This document shows positions 30,214 to 39,972 of a stretch of 64,000 bases of DNA, in pieces. The position numbers and the translations under genes were made by a program. The number at the start of each line of letters is the position of its first letter. Position 1 is the first letter of the stretch. The DNA is from an uncultured Nitrospiraceae bacterium (GTDB lineage Bacteria > Nitrospirota > Nitrospiria > Nitrospirales > Nitrospiraceae): the NCBI GenBank assembly GCA_963706325.1, contig CAVPLT010000001.1:192001-256000 (forward strand), read 5' to 3'. The notes under the pieces are model-generated. The model saw only the letters and a program-made list of their open reading frames with translations, searched no databases and was not told the origin of the DNA.

Positions 30214-30990
30214 ATGACTCCAGTGACCCGCCCATGGGCTTCCGTGGTCATCCCTATTAAGGATGAACGCGACAATTTGATTCCCCTGACTGAGCAACTT
30301 GTGAAAGTCCTGGAAAGCCGGGATGAATCGCGGTCGGCTCCCTTCGAATTGCTGTTCATCGACGACGGCAGCACCGACGGCAGTTCTGAAATTCTGGATA
30401 GCTTGGCGATCCAACATCGAACCGTCAAAGTGTTTCACTTCGACCGCAACTATGGCCAGTCGGCGGCCTTCGATGCCGGATTCACACAATCGACAGGGCA
30501 CCTGGTGATGACCATCGACGGTGACCTGCAAAATGACCCGGCAGATATCGCGACGCTACTTCCGCACATCCAGACCTTCGACCTCGTCTGCGGCTGGCGT
30601 AAAGATCGTCACGACAACCTGACGCGGAAGATTTCTTCTCGCATCGCCAATGCCGTCCGTAGCGCCGTGACCGGCGATCGGGTGCACGACACCGGCTGCT
30701 CGTTGAAATTGTTTCGCCGCTCGGTCGTGGACAAAATGCAACTCTTCGAGGGCATGCACCGATTTTTTCCCGCCCTGGCCTTAATGCATGGGTTCACAGT
30801 CACCGAAGTGCCCGTGCGCCATTACCCCCGCACCCGTGGCACCTCGAAATACGGCGTAGGCAATCGCCTTTTCAAGGGTCTCTATGACTTGATAGCCGTG
30901 CGATGGATGCAGCACCGTTGCCTGCGTTATCAGTATCGCTCCTCGCCGTCTATTTCACCTCTATCTCCATCGACCGCGATCCACCCATGA
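30214..30990 (+). CDS. GT2 polyprenol-phosphate glycosyltransferase (ArnC/DPM1-like)
   Basis: SVVIP, IDDGSTD, RNYGQSAA, IDGDLQNDP, DTGCSLK, HRFFP. Confidence 0.92.
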   Translation: MTPVTRPWASVVIPIKDERDNLIPLTEQLVKVLESRDESRSAPFELLFIDDGSTDGSSEILDSLAIQHRTVKVFHFDRNYGQSAAFDAGFTQSTGHLVMTIDGDLQNDPADIATLLPHIQTFDLVCGWRKDRHDNLTRKISSRIANAVRSAVTGDRVHDTGCSLKLFRRSVVDKMQLFEGMHRFFPALALMHGFTVTEVPVRHYPRTRGTSKYGVGNRLFKGLYDLIAVRWMQHRCLRYQYRSSPSISPLSPSTAIHP

Positions 30991-31286
30991 CACCCGATAC
31001 TGTCTGGCTGATCATCGGATTCTTGGGTCAAGGCGTGTTTTTCATGCGTTGGGTTGTCCAATGGATTGCCTCGGAGAAACACGCAGAAAGTCGGGTCCCC
31101 ACAGCCTTCTGGTATATGAGTCTGGTTGGGGGGCTCATCACGCTGGCCTATGCGATCCATCGGCTAGATCCGGTCTTCATTGCCGGACAGAGTATCGGTA
31201 GCGTCGTCTACCTTCGCAACCTCATGCTGATCCACCGTCCGAACCCACCCGATTCCAATTCGGCTTCCCCGGCCACCAAATCATAG
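30987..31286 (+). CDS. Lipid A biosynthesis N-terminal (LAB_N) domain membrane protein
   Basis: IGFLGQ..F..RWVVQWIASE, PTAFWYMSLVGG, DPVFIAGQ, VYLRNL; ATGA overlap with the GT2 gene. Confidence 0.88.
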   Translation: MTPDTVWLIIGFLGQGVFFMRWVVQWIASEKHAESRVPTAFWYMSLVGGLITLAYAIHRLDPVFIAGQSIGSVVYLRNLMLIHRPNPPDSNSASPATKS

Positions 31287-33086
31287 ATGGAGTCTCACTT
31301 GAATGGACAGCCCTCGGCCACCCAGGCGCCGGCGCAGGCCGACCGATCTATCCAACCGCTGACGCTGATGCTGGTGTTGGCGATGGCCGCCGTCCTGTTT
31401 TTTGTCGGACTTGGCGCCACCGGCCTCACTGATCGAGACGAAGGTCGAAACGCCGAAGCGGGCCGCGAGATGTATGAAACGGGCGATTACATCAGTCCGA
31501 CGTTCAACTATGAGCCGCGCTTTGCCAAACCCGTGTTCGTTTATTGGTTGATGAGCCTCTCATACCATGCATTCGGGGTGAATGAGTTCGCAGCGCGATT
31601 CCCCTCTGCCCTCTTTGGTCTCGGTCTCATTCTTCTCCAGTATCTCTTCCTGACGCGCTGCCGAGGCCCGGTGATAGGGCTCTTCGGCGCGGCGATGTTA
31701 TTGCTGAACCTTGAGATCATTGGCCTTGGACGGATGGCCTTGACCGACGGCGTGCTGATTTTTTTTACGACCCTATCGCTTTACGGATTTTGGTTGGGTC
31801 TGTATGGCACAGGACGAGAACGCCACTACATGTGGCTCTTTTACATCGGCATGGCACTGGGAACGCTGACGAAAGGTCCGATCGGTTTTCTGATTCCTCT
31901 GCTCGCCGTGGGTCTCTACCTCTGGCTGACCCGGTCATGGTCGCTCTATTGGCGCCAAGGATTTCCACTTGCAGGCCTATTGGTGTTCCTGGTCCTTGCA
32001 CTACCCTGGTACCTCATCATGCTGAGCATTCACGGACAGCGGTACAGCACTTCGGCACAAGGCGATACAGTCGGCCGATTCTTCGGCGCCATGGAAGGCC
32101 ACGGCGGCACGCTGCTCTTTTACGTGCCCGTCCTTTTGATCGGGTTTTTCCCCTGGAGCGGCTTGCTGCCCTTTGCCTGGTACCAGGCCTATCGAAGCTG
32201 GCGGGACTCGAGACAGACGGGCGCACTCCCACCCGCTCACGCCTCAGTTCTCAGTGATCAACCGTCTCCCCATGCGCTCGAATGGTTTGCCGCGATCTGG
32301 GTACTGGGAGGATTCGTTTTTTTCAGCCTCTCCTCCACACGTTTGCCGCATTACATCGGACCGTTGTTTCCCGCTGCGGCCATCTTGACCGCCTTATACT
32401 GGAATCGCTGTGTCACCGACCATGCCGTACCAGGTATGCGTGCCGCAATCCACACCATGACGGCCGTGGGGTTTATTCTCGCCTTGGCATTCGCCTCGCT
32501 GCCACCTCTGTACGCACGGTTCGCCGTGAAATTGATCAATGAATTCCCTCTGGCTGGACAGGTCACACTGGGTCCTGGGCCCTATACGATAGCCTCGATT
32601 TTTCTGGTAGGAATGGGCCTCGTAGCCTACTTTGGCTTCAGCGAGACGAGACGGCCGGCTGCCTTCTGGGCCGCCGGAGGATCATTAGCCCTCGTGGTGC
32701 TCGCCACCATTCAATTGACCTTTCCACTGGTCAATCATTTTGTCATCGAACCACCTCAGCGATTGGCGGATGTGGCCGGAGTCAACCTCGGTCCCAACGA
32801 TCGGCTGATTCTGTACGGTCAACCACGGCCCTCGCTCGTATTTTATGCCAAGCGAAAAGCCATCGTCGTTCCTAAGAATGAAGAAGCCAACATCACGCCG
32901 TACCTGACCCAACCGGGCCTGACCATGATTCTGCTGCCAAGCGCCTTGCGAAATCGGCTACCAGTCGAAACGATAGACTTTCCTGTATTGCTGGAACGGT
33001 ATGGGTACATCCTGCTCGCCAATCAATCGCTGATCCATGTTCCGGAACAGGCCGAGCAGCCACCGGTTCGTATTCCTGGGCACTGA
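31287..33086 (+). CDS. ArnT/GT83-like lipid A glycosyltransferase
   Basis: DEGRNAEAGREM, KPVFVYW, ARFPSAL, LTKGPIG, LPWY, LPHYI. Confidence 0.9.
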   Translation: MESHLNGQPSATQAPAQADRSIQPLTLMLVLAMAAVLFFVGLGATGLTDRDEGRNAEAGREMYETGDYISPTFNYEPRFAKPVFVYWLMSLSYHAFGVNEFAARFPSALFGLGLILLQYLFLTRCRGPVIGLFGAAMLLLNLEIIGLGRMALTDGVLIFFTTLSLYGFWLGLYGTGRERHYMWLFYIGMALGTLTKGPIGFLIPLLAVGLYLWLTRSWSLYWRQGFPLAGLLVFLVLALPWYLIMLSIHGQRYSTSAQGDTVGRFFGAMEGHGGTLLFYVPVLLIGFFPWSGLLPFAWYQAYRSWRDSRQTGALPPAHASVLSDQPSPHALEWFAAIWVLGGFVFFSLSSTRLPHYIGPLFPAAAILTALYWNRCVTDHAVPGMRAAIHTMTAVGFILALAFASLPPLYARFAVKLINEFPLAGQVTLGPGPYTIASIFLVGMGLVAYFGFSETRRPAAFWAAGGSLALVVLATIQLTFPLVNHFVIEPPQRLADVAGVNLGPNDRLILYGQPRPSLVFYAKRKAIVVPKNEEANITPYLTQPGLTMILLPSALRNRLPVETIDFPVLLERYGYILLANQSLIHVPEQAEQPPVRIPGH

Positions 33087-33161
33087 CAGGATATCGCTTC
33101 GGCTCCGAGACATGAGCCGTGTGCACTGGCGTGGCGCTCTATATTCGTTGCGCCGTGCGGC

Positions 33162-34247
33162 TCACTGCAGTGGCACGAGTCCTTTCAGCGCCTGGATCCC
33201 CCATATCGCGGCGATGGTTCCCACTACGTAGAGGCTGTCATAGACCCGGGCAAGCCGAGTCGTCTGAGACAGCGCCCTGGTCTCGGCGGCACCGCCCCCT
33301 CTCGACAGGCAGACCAGAGCCGTTAACCCAATGAGAACCGGCGCACTGGTTGCGATACCCAACCCCAGCCCTATCACGTTTTCCGAGGTGATGACGCTTG
33401 TGTCGACAACACCTGTCGCCGAAGCCCGATCCCGTCCCGCCCGCAACACCAGACCAGCGGCCACGATGACCACGCCGGACGTGAACAGAATGCCGTCCGT
33501 CATCGCATCGACAATTCGATGGGTTGTCACCCAGAACAAGCCTGTGATGAGCACTGTGATCGGCGCGATACGCACGAGGGCCTGGGCACATGATCGCCCC
33601 CACCATCGCAGCGGACCATTGAAGATCGATCCCACCACAAAACCTGTCACCATCCCGGCGACCACATCGCTGGGAAAGTGAGACCCTCTCCAAATTCGGC
33701 TGGCGCCCACCCATGCGGCCACAGCAAACGGCACCCATTGCAACCGAGGCAGCGCTCGGGCAAACACTGTCACGACGGCCACGCTCGCCGAGGTATGGCC
33801 GGACGGAAACGAATCCAACCCGGAGTCCAACGATGGCCACCACTGCCATCCTCCGGAATGGGTTAGACGAGGTCGCGGTCTGCCGATGACGTGCTTCAAC
33901 CCGTTGACGACCAGCGCTACCACGCCATGCGCGAGCAAACTATCCCATCCCAAGTGAGTGAGCGACCGGCGCTTCAGGTACAGACCCGCTCCCAAAACAA
34001 GCAGGCTGAACGTGATAAGCGTGCTGCCGTGGCCGAGTGTCTCACCCACATCGCCGAGTGCTTGGAGAGAAGAGAGATTGTGCGACCGGAGAAACCACAG
34101 GATGGGAATATCGACTTGGAGGAGAGCGGCGAACGACCCGATCAACGCGAGCGCGGAAAACACCACCGCCGGTGCGTGGGGGCGACCCGGTGGCGGCTCT
34201 GGCGGCGCCATCTGCGGCACAGCCAGCCCGTCACTCGGTTCATTCAT
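33162..34247 (-). CDS. PAP2 phosphatase (LpxE/UppP-like) with extra TM segments
   Basis: KHVIGRPRP, SFPSGH, SRIWRGSHFPSDV. Confidence 0.88.
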   Translation of the reverse strand: MNEPSDGLAVPQMAPPEPPPGRPHAPAVVFSALALIGSFAALLQVDIPILWFLRSHNLSSLQALGDVGETLGHGSTLITFSLLVLGAGLYLKRRSLTHLGWDSLLAHGVVALVVNGLKHVIGRPRPRLTHSGGWQWWPSLDSGLDSFPSGHTSASVAVVTVFARALPRLQWVPFAVAAWVGASRIWRGSHFPSDVVAGMVTGFVVGSIFNGPLRWWGRSCAQALVRIAPITVLITGLFWVTTHRIVDAMTDGILFTSGVVIVAAGLVLRAGRDRASATGVVDTSVITSENVIGLGLGIATSAPVLIGLTALVCLSRGGGAAETRALSQTTRLARVYDSLYVVGTIAAIWGIQALKGLVPLQ

Positions 34248-35374
34248 GGCTCCCAATCGGCGAGAAACACGTTAAACTCTCCCCGCTCCTTCGCCCCTCG
34301 ATCGGATACCCAGACGAGGCGTTTTCCGTCGGGGGAGAACATAGGGAAACTGTTGAATTGTCCATCGAACGTCAGCCGTTCCAGAGCGGCCCCATCTTCA
34401 TTGACGAGGTACAGATGAAACGCCGGCCGCCCCGATTCATTCCGCGTCTCTACATTCGACGAGAAGATGAGGCGATGTCCATCAGGATGGAAGTAGGGAG
34501 AAAAGTTCGAGGCGCCGTTGTGCGTGACTTGCTGCTTATTGGACCCGTCGGCATTCATGATGAAGAGTTCCAGTTGACCGGGCTCCACCAGGTTTTGACC
34601 CAGGAGAGCTTTGTACTGTTCGACTTCCTCGGGGTTGGTCGGATGCTGCGCGCGATACACGATGCGTTTGCTGTCGGGTGAAAAGAACGGCCCGCCGTCG
34701 TAGCCAACCTCCTGCGTCAGCCGGCGTGGATGGGTACCATCTAAATCCATCGCATAGATATCCAAATCACCGTCACGCATCGAGGTCCACACAATGGTCT
34801 TGCCGTTAGGAGAGACCGTCGCTTCGGCGTCGTACCCCGGGGTGTTCGTCAGCCGTTGTGGATCCTGCCCGTCGATCCGAACGGAGAAAAGATCGTAGTC
34901 GTCAAGCGCCCAGCGATAGGCTCCGTCCCGCTTTGGCTTGGGAGGGCAATTGGGCCCTCTCAGATGGGTAGACGAATACATCACTCGTCGATCGCCGGGA
35001 AAAAAATATCCGCAGGTCGTGGTCCCCACGCCGGTGCTGACCATACGAATCGTATCGCTCCCCAGATCCATGACGTACATTTGGTAACAACCGAGCGGCT
35101 GGTCGCCTGGTTTCATGGCTGCGGCATACGTATCCTTCATCCAATTGTTGGTGGACTGAAAGATCAGCTTGTCCCCGCTGAACGAAAAATAGGCCTCTGC
35201 ATTTTGTCGTCCGAAAGTGAGTTGCTTAATGTTCGCAAGGTGCCGCTCAGCCGATGCCGTGGGTTTCACCGGCGCTGGATCCGGTTTGGGCGAAGCCTCA
35301 CTTCCCGAGGTCGTCAGGACAATTCCCCACAGAAGTCCCACCATCCCCACGATCAACCGATTAGTCTGCTTCAA
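34244..35374 (-). CDS. TolB-like PD40 beta-propeller protein
   Basis: Signal peptide; repeats NAEAYFS, YDAEATVSPNG, YDGGPFFSPD, NFSPYFHPDG, FPMFSPDG. Confidence 0.88.
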   Translation of the reverse strand: MKQTNRLIVGMVGLLWGIVLTTSGSEASPKPDPAPVKPTASAERHLANIKQLTFGRQNAEAYFSFSGDKLIFQSTNNWMKDTYAAAMKPGDQPLGCYQMYVMDLGSDTIRMVSTGVGTTTCGYFFPGDRRVMYSSTHLRGPNCPPKPKRDGAYRWALDDYDLFSVRIDGQDPQRLTNTPGYDAEATVSPNGKTIVWTSMRDGDLDIYAMDLDGTHPRRLTQEVGYDGGPFFSPDSKRIVYRAQHPTNPEEVEQYKALLGQNLVEPGQLELFIMNADGSNKQQVTHNGASNFSPYFHPDGHRLIFSSNVETRNESGRPAFHLYLVNEDGAALERLTFDGQFNSFPMFSPDGKRLVWVSDRGAKERGEFNVFLADWEP

Positions 35375-37553
35375 ATTGCACCTCTGTACTCATCCTATCC
35401 TCCCAATCTCCCCGTGCAGTGACCGCTCCTTCCTGAAAAACCACATAACTTTGCCATCCATAGAAAAATAAGAGCCGGGCGACTCGACTCAGCGCTTGCG
35501 GCGTCACTCCGTACAGGAAGGTGACGACGCTACCTGGGTAATCGTCTCGACGGCAGGACGCCAACAGCGCCATAGTGGGGCCTTCAAACATTCGGCTTTC
35601 CACAGAAAATCCATTATCGGTGAGCCTCAGATGATCGACACAGTATCGCAAGGCCTGCAACGAAGCCGGGTTCTCGCGAGGATTACCCAATACCAGAATC
35701 GATCCTTCGGGCAGCTGGGAGTCTTTCGCTCCTGGCTGCCAGACAATGGTACGCCGGGCGCTAGGCTTCGCCTCCTCCTGAGCAACAATACTTTGGACAA
35801 TGACGTCGAACGGAACAGGCTGGTCAGATGGAGCGTCATAAGCGCGGACGACTGTCCGCTTTGCATCCGTTACATAGAGGTTCAACATGGGAGTCATGTC
35901 GCTCCGAGCCACCCGGCGAAACAGATGATAATCCGGATCTAGCCGGACAGCCAGCGGCCGCTCAGTCAGAGGCACAATCACCTCTTGTTGCGTGCCGACC
36001 ATCTGGATACGGACAGGCTGGGAGCGGCCCCCGTCCAAGACAAACTCTAGATCGACCGGAACTCGATACGGTACTCCTCGTTGAGCAACATGCAAGACCG
36101 CCTCAATCGATCCTGCTTGCCCCGACATTCCATGAATCGGTTGCACGCGTAACCGAGATAATTCAACATCAGGCGCACCCGCGCGTTCGACCCATTGGGC
36201 AAAGAACCAGCGCAAGTCACGCCCGGCCGCTCCTTGGAAAACTTGTTCCAAATCCTTCCAGTCGGCGACCGCACCACGATAGTGTTCTGAAAGTTTCTTC
36301 AGCCCCCTCCAGAAAGCTGCCTCTCCGATTTCCTGCCTGAGCAGATGAAACACCATGGCAGATTTTTGATAGCCGATGGCATTGTCTTTTTCGTCACGCT
36401 TCTGAACAAATTGCCCCACCGGATAGTCATCGTCCAGGCCCACGTAGACGGAATAACCCAGGAGCATCAGTCGCCGCTGTTCGCGGGCCTGTGCTTCGTC
36501 GCCGGTCAGTTCATGATAGTAGTAGTTTGACAAGTAGGTGGTCAGACCTTCGACCCAATTGCCTTGGCTCACCCGATTAAAGACACCGTTACCGATCCAG
36601 GAATGCACGATTTCGTGTCCCAACGCATAGGGCTGGATGTAGTGGCGCTTGATGACTCCACTCCCGAGCAGCGTAAACGACGGCATTCCCAATCCGCTCG
36701 GAAAAAAATTCTCCACGACGGCAAATTGTGAAAACGGATAGGGGCCAAGGAGTGGAATATACGCATCTAGGTATCGGGCCGACGCATCGAGGTATTCATC
36801 GGCAAGTGCGGCCTCTTCGGAAAACAGGTACGTCGCCAACTGAATTTCCTGACCGGACTTGGCCTGCCAAGCCCGAGTCTTCACCACAAAGCGGTTGGCT
36901 ACCACCGTCAATGCCTCGCTCTTTGAGGAGACAACCCATCGTGCGGGATCAGTCTGCTGGGTTCCCTGCGTCACGGCGACCCACCCGCTCGGGACGGTGA
37001 GCGTCACATCAAAGGTAGCCAACGACTCTTCGAGGTCCGGGTACCATTGGCTCTCGCTGCTGAGATAGACGCCCTCCGGGCCGATGTGACCGGAGGTCTC
37101 ACTGGGCGTGACAAAACGGAGTTGCCGAGGATCTCGCGGTGGATCATCGATCACTCCTCGGTAGATAAATTTCAGTCGTACAGATCCATCAGCCGGATTG
37201 CCAGAAGGCTGCAGCACGATGATGCGCTGAACTTCCGGCCGATCAGATAATCCATTTCTCCCAAACGCGACGGACGCGGCAGAGTCACAGCTGTTCTGAC
37301 AGGCCGTTACATTTTCGATTCGTTCGAGACGAAGGGTCGGCGCAAGTGAAAAAGCCAATTCCTGGCCGGAAGTTCCTCCGGCAAGGGTGACTTGATCTGT
37401 CGCTACAAGTTGATGGGAGTCCGGGAACAACTCCAGGGCGAGCTGATGATGCGTGATCGTCGGAGAGCGAGCACCAGGCTCAGCGACTGCAAGAGCAGGA
37501 AGCAGAAGGACCGCAAGCAGACTGACACGGATGAGGCGATGCAAACAATTCAC
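35361..37553 (-). CDS. M1-family aminopeptidase (exported)
   Basis: HEIVH-x18-E zinc motif, GYQKSAMVFHLLR, WFFAQW. Confidence 0.9.
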   Translation of the reverse strand: MNCLHRLIRVSLLAVLLLPALAVAEPGARSPTITHHQLALELFPDSHQLVATDQVTLAGGTSGQELAFSLAPTLRLERIENVTACQNSCDSAASVAFGRNGLSDRPEVQRIIVLQPSGNPADGSVRLKFIYRGVIDDPPRDPRQLRFVTPSETSGHIGPEGVYLSSESQWYPDLEESLATFDVTLTVPSGWVAVTQGTQQTDPARWVVSSKSEALTVVANRFVVKTRAWQAKSGQEIQLATYLFSEEAALADEYLDASARYLDAYIPLLGPYPFSQFAVVENFFPSGLGMPSFTLLGSGVIKRHYIQPYALGHEIVHSWIGNGVFNRVSQGNWVEGLTTYLSNYYYHELTGDEAQAREQRRLMLLGYSVYVGLDDDYPVGQFVQKRDEKDNAIGYQKSAMVFHLLRQEIGEAAFWRGLKKLSEHYRGAVADWKDLEQVFQGAAGRDLRWFFAQWVERAGAPDVELSRLRVQPIHGMSGQAGSIEAVLHVAQRGVPYRVPVDLEFVLDGGRSQPVRIQMVGTQQEVIVPLTERPLAVRLDPDYHLFRRVARSDMTPMLNLYVTDAKRTVVRAYDAPSDQPVPFDVIVQSIVAQEEAKPSARRTIVWQPGAKDSQLPEGSILVLGNPRENPASLQALRYCVDHLRLTDNGFSVESRMFEGPTMALLASCRRDDYPGSVVTFLYGVTPQALSRVARLLFFYGWQSYVVFQEGAVTARGDWEDRMSTEVQFEAD

Positions 37554-37586
37554 CCTTCACCGACACCCCGAGGTTGACGGCGAAGA

Positions 37587-38375
37587 TTAACATTCCCGGC
37601 AGACCATCACAAGCTGGACAGCCATCAACGCCCGTTCCAAATCAAGAGGCTTGTCCAGCACTTCTTGCGGACCCAATGCCCAGGCATCAGCCAGCAATGT
37701 GTCGTTATGATGGCCGCTCAAGATGATCGTTCGTCCGGCATAATCTCGTTCCCTGAGAGCCTGCAACACTTCCACACCATTCATCTCCGGCATGACGAGG
37801 TCCAGGATCAAAAGATCAGGAGGCGATTCTGAAATAAGACGCAGTGCTTCGCGACCATCGTTTGCCGGGCGGACGTGGTACCCACGCAAGGTGAGAAAAC
37901 GGACCAGGAGATCGCGCGCCATGACGTCATCATCCACTACAACGATCTGCTCCTTGGAAACCTGATCAACTTCTTCTGTGGGCCGGCCCTGTACAGATGA
38001 ACGCTGTCGCCTCGCCTGCTGTGCGACCCGATGCACCGCGCCAATAAGCACATCCAGAGACAGCCCCTTTCGTAGAAAATCCGTCACACGCAGTTCACGA
38101 GCCTGATTCTCCTGGTCCTCAGTCACCCCGCCCCCAAGGATGATGACCCCAGCGCAAGGATCGAGCGTCCGGATTTCCTTCAGCACCGCTAGCCCATCCA
38201 TTTCGGGCATGCGCAAATCGATCAGCGTCACTAGCGGACTAAGTTGCCGAAACAGCGCTATTCCTGTTCGTCCACTGGTGGCTGTGCTGACCTGATAGCC
38301 TTGCCGAGCCAAGGCTACCTCCAGCAAGTCACAGTGGAGTCGGTCGTCGTCGATGACCAGCAAGGTGCCCATCAT
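37587..38375 (-). CDS. Tandem receiver-domain response regulator without an output domain
   Basis: Two REC domains: VIDDD...IDLRMPEMDG...RKG and VVDDD...LDLVMPEMNG...DKP. Confidence 0.88.
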   Translation of the reverse strand: MMGTLLVIDDDRLHCDLLEVALARQGYQVSTATSGRTGIALFRQLSPLVTLIDLRMPEMDGLAVLKEIRTLDPCAGVIILGGGVTEDQENQARELRVTDFLRKGLSLDVLIGAVHRVAQQARRQRSSVQGRPTEEVDQVSKEQIVVVDDDVMARDLLVRFLTLRGYHVRPANDGREALRLISESPPDLLILDLVMPEMNGVEVLQALRERDYAGRTIILSGHHNDTLLADAWALGPQEVLDKPLDLERALMAVQLVMVCREC

Positions 38376-38529
38376 TTCTCCTCGATTGTTCACGCGCGGT
38401 CGCCCCATGAGGCTGAGTAACCGGACAGGACTACACACGAAAGCAAGCCTAGCATAGGCCTGCAGAGATGAGAAGAAATTGCACGAAAGCATGGGCAACG
38501 AAGCCGTGGAGATGGACACTTACGAGCAG

Positions 38530-39447
38530 TTAGAACAAGGCATCGACAAACGCCTTGGCGTCAAAGTCTTGCAGATCCTCGACAGATTCTCCCACTCCGA
38601 TCAGCCGAACCGGAATTTTAAAGGTATCCGCGATCGCGACCACGATGCCGCCGCGCGCCGTTCCGTCAAGCTTGGTGAGGGCAATTCCCGTCACGCCGAC
38701 CGCTTCGTGGAACTGCCTCGCTTGGGCAATGGCATTCTGACCGACCGTCGCATCCAGCACTAATAGTACTTCATGGGGAGCGCCCTGGCACTCTTGCGCG
38801 ACGACGCGTTTAATCTTCCGCAGCTCTTCCATAAGATTGGTTTTGGTATGCAGCCGCCCAGCCGTATCAATGAGCACTACGTCGGACCCACGCGCTTTCG
38901 CAGCCGTCATTCCGTCGTAGGCGACGGCGGCCGGATCGGCGCCAGGTCGATGCCGAATCACATCAACATGGATGCGATCCGCCCATACCTGCAATTGATC
39001 GATCGCCGCCGCCCGAAAGGTATCGCCGGCGACGAGCAAGGACGTTTTCCCCTCTTGGCAAAAGCGCTGAGTAAGCTTTGCAATCGTCGTCGTCTTGCCC
39101 ACGCCATTCACGCCCACGGCCAAGATGACAAACGGCCGCGGCCCCTGCGACACTAATTGATTCATCGAAGCGGATTGTGTCGGCAGAAGAATATCGAGGA
39201 CGGATTGCCGCAAGAGGTCCCGGACTTTGTCGGCGGATGAGAAATTGCCACCTCGCATCTGGGCTCGCAGCTGCTCCATGACACGCTCTACAACCGGCAG
39301 GCCCAGATCCGCACTGATCAAAGCCACCTCTAGTTCGTCGAGCAGCGCAGGATCGGCCGCGCGCCCCAGGAATCGGTCCAATTGTCCCGTCACTGCATCG
39401 CGTGTTTTGGAAAGTCCGGCGCTCAGCTTCTGAAACCAGCCCACCAC
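38530..39447 (-). CDS. ftsY: Signal recognition particle receptor FtsY
   Basis: GVNGVGKTTT, DTFRAAA, DTAGR, TKLDGTARGG. Confidence 0.97.
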   Translation of the reverse strand: MVGWFQKLSAGLSKTRDAVTGQLDRFLGRAADPALLDELEVALISADLGLPVVERVMEQLRAQMRGGNFSSADKVRDLLRQSVLDILLPTQSASMNQLVSQGPRPFVILAVGVNGVGKTTTIAKLTQRFCQEGKTSLLVAGDTFRAAAIDQLQVWADRIHVDVIRHRPGADPAAVAYDGMTAAKARGSDVVLIDTAGRLHTKTNLMEELRKIKRVVAQECQGAPHEVLLVLDATVGQNAIAQARQFHEAVGVTGIALTKLDGTARGGIVVAIADTFKIPVRLIGVGESVEDLQDFDAKAFVDALF

Positions 39448-39501
39448 TCACCTCATCTTCTCTCTTGCAGGACATGATCGAGGTTAAAAACCGATTCGAT
39501 A

Positions 39502-39972
39502 TCATACTCGATCAGAATCGCGCGACACCAACAGTTGCGGAATTGCACCTATACGATGGAGCAGCGCTCGCTCACGCCTGACCATCCGTCGAGCTTCACC
39601 CGGGCCTCTTTCATGGTCGTACCCACACAAATGCAGCACGCCGTGAATAAGCAACATGACCAGCTCATGATCAACATCCTGCTCATGTTCACGCGCTTGT
39701 CGGATGGCCTGAGGTAAGGAAATGACGATGTCACCAAGTAAGAGAGACGACGGTCCAGGGCCCTCTCGCGTCGCAAAGGCCAGCACATCCGTGGTTTTAT
39801 CTCGGCGACGAAAGGTTCGATTCAATCGGCGCATGCGACCATCGCCCACGATTTCGAGGCTGAGAAGCGCCTCGGCTTCACCGACAGCTTGGAGAACATG
39901 GGTTGCGATTCTTTTTAGGCTGGCGAGGCGAAGCTGCCAACTCGTCAACCGCATGCCGACCACCACGGGCAT
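39502..39972 (-). CDS. ybeY: rRNA maturation endoribonuclease YbeY
   Basis: TDVLAF, LGDIVIS, HGVLHLCGYDH. Confidence 0.95.
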   Translation of the reverse strand: MPVVVGMRLTSWQLRLASLKRIATHVLQAVGEAEALLSLEIVGDGRMRRLNRTFRRRDKTTDVLAFATREGPGPSSLLLGDIVISLPQAIRQAREHEQDVDHELVMLLIHGVLHLCGYDHERGPGEARRMVRRERALLHRIGAIPQLLVSRDSDRV

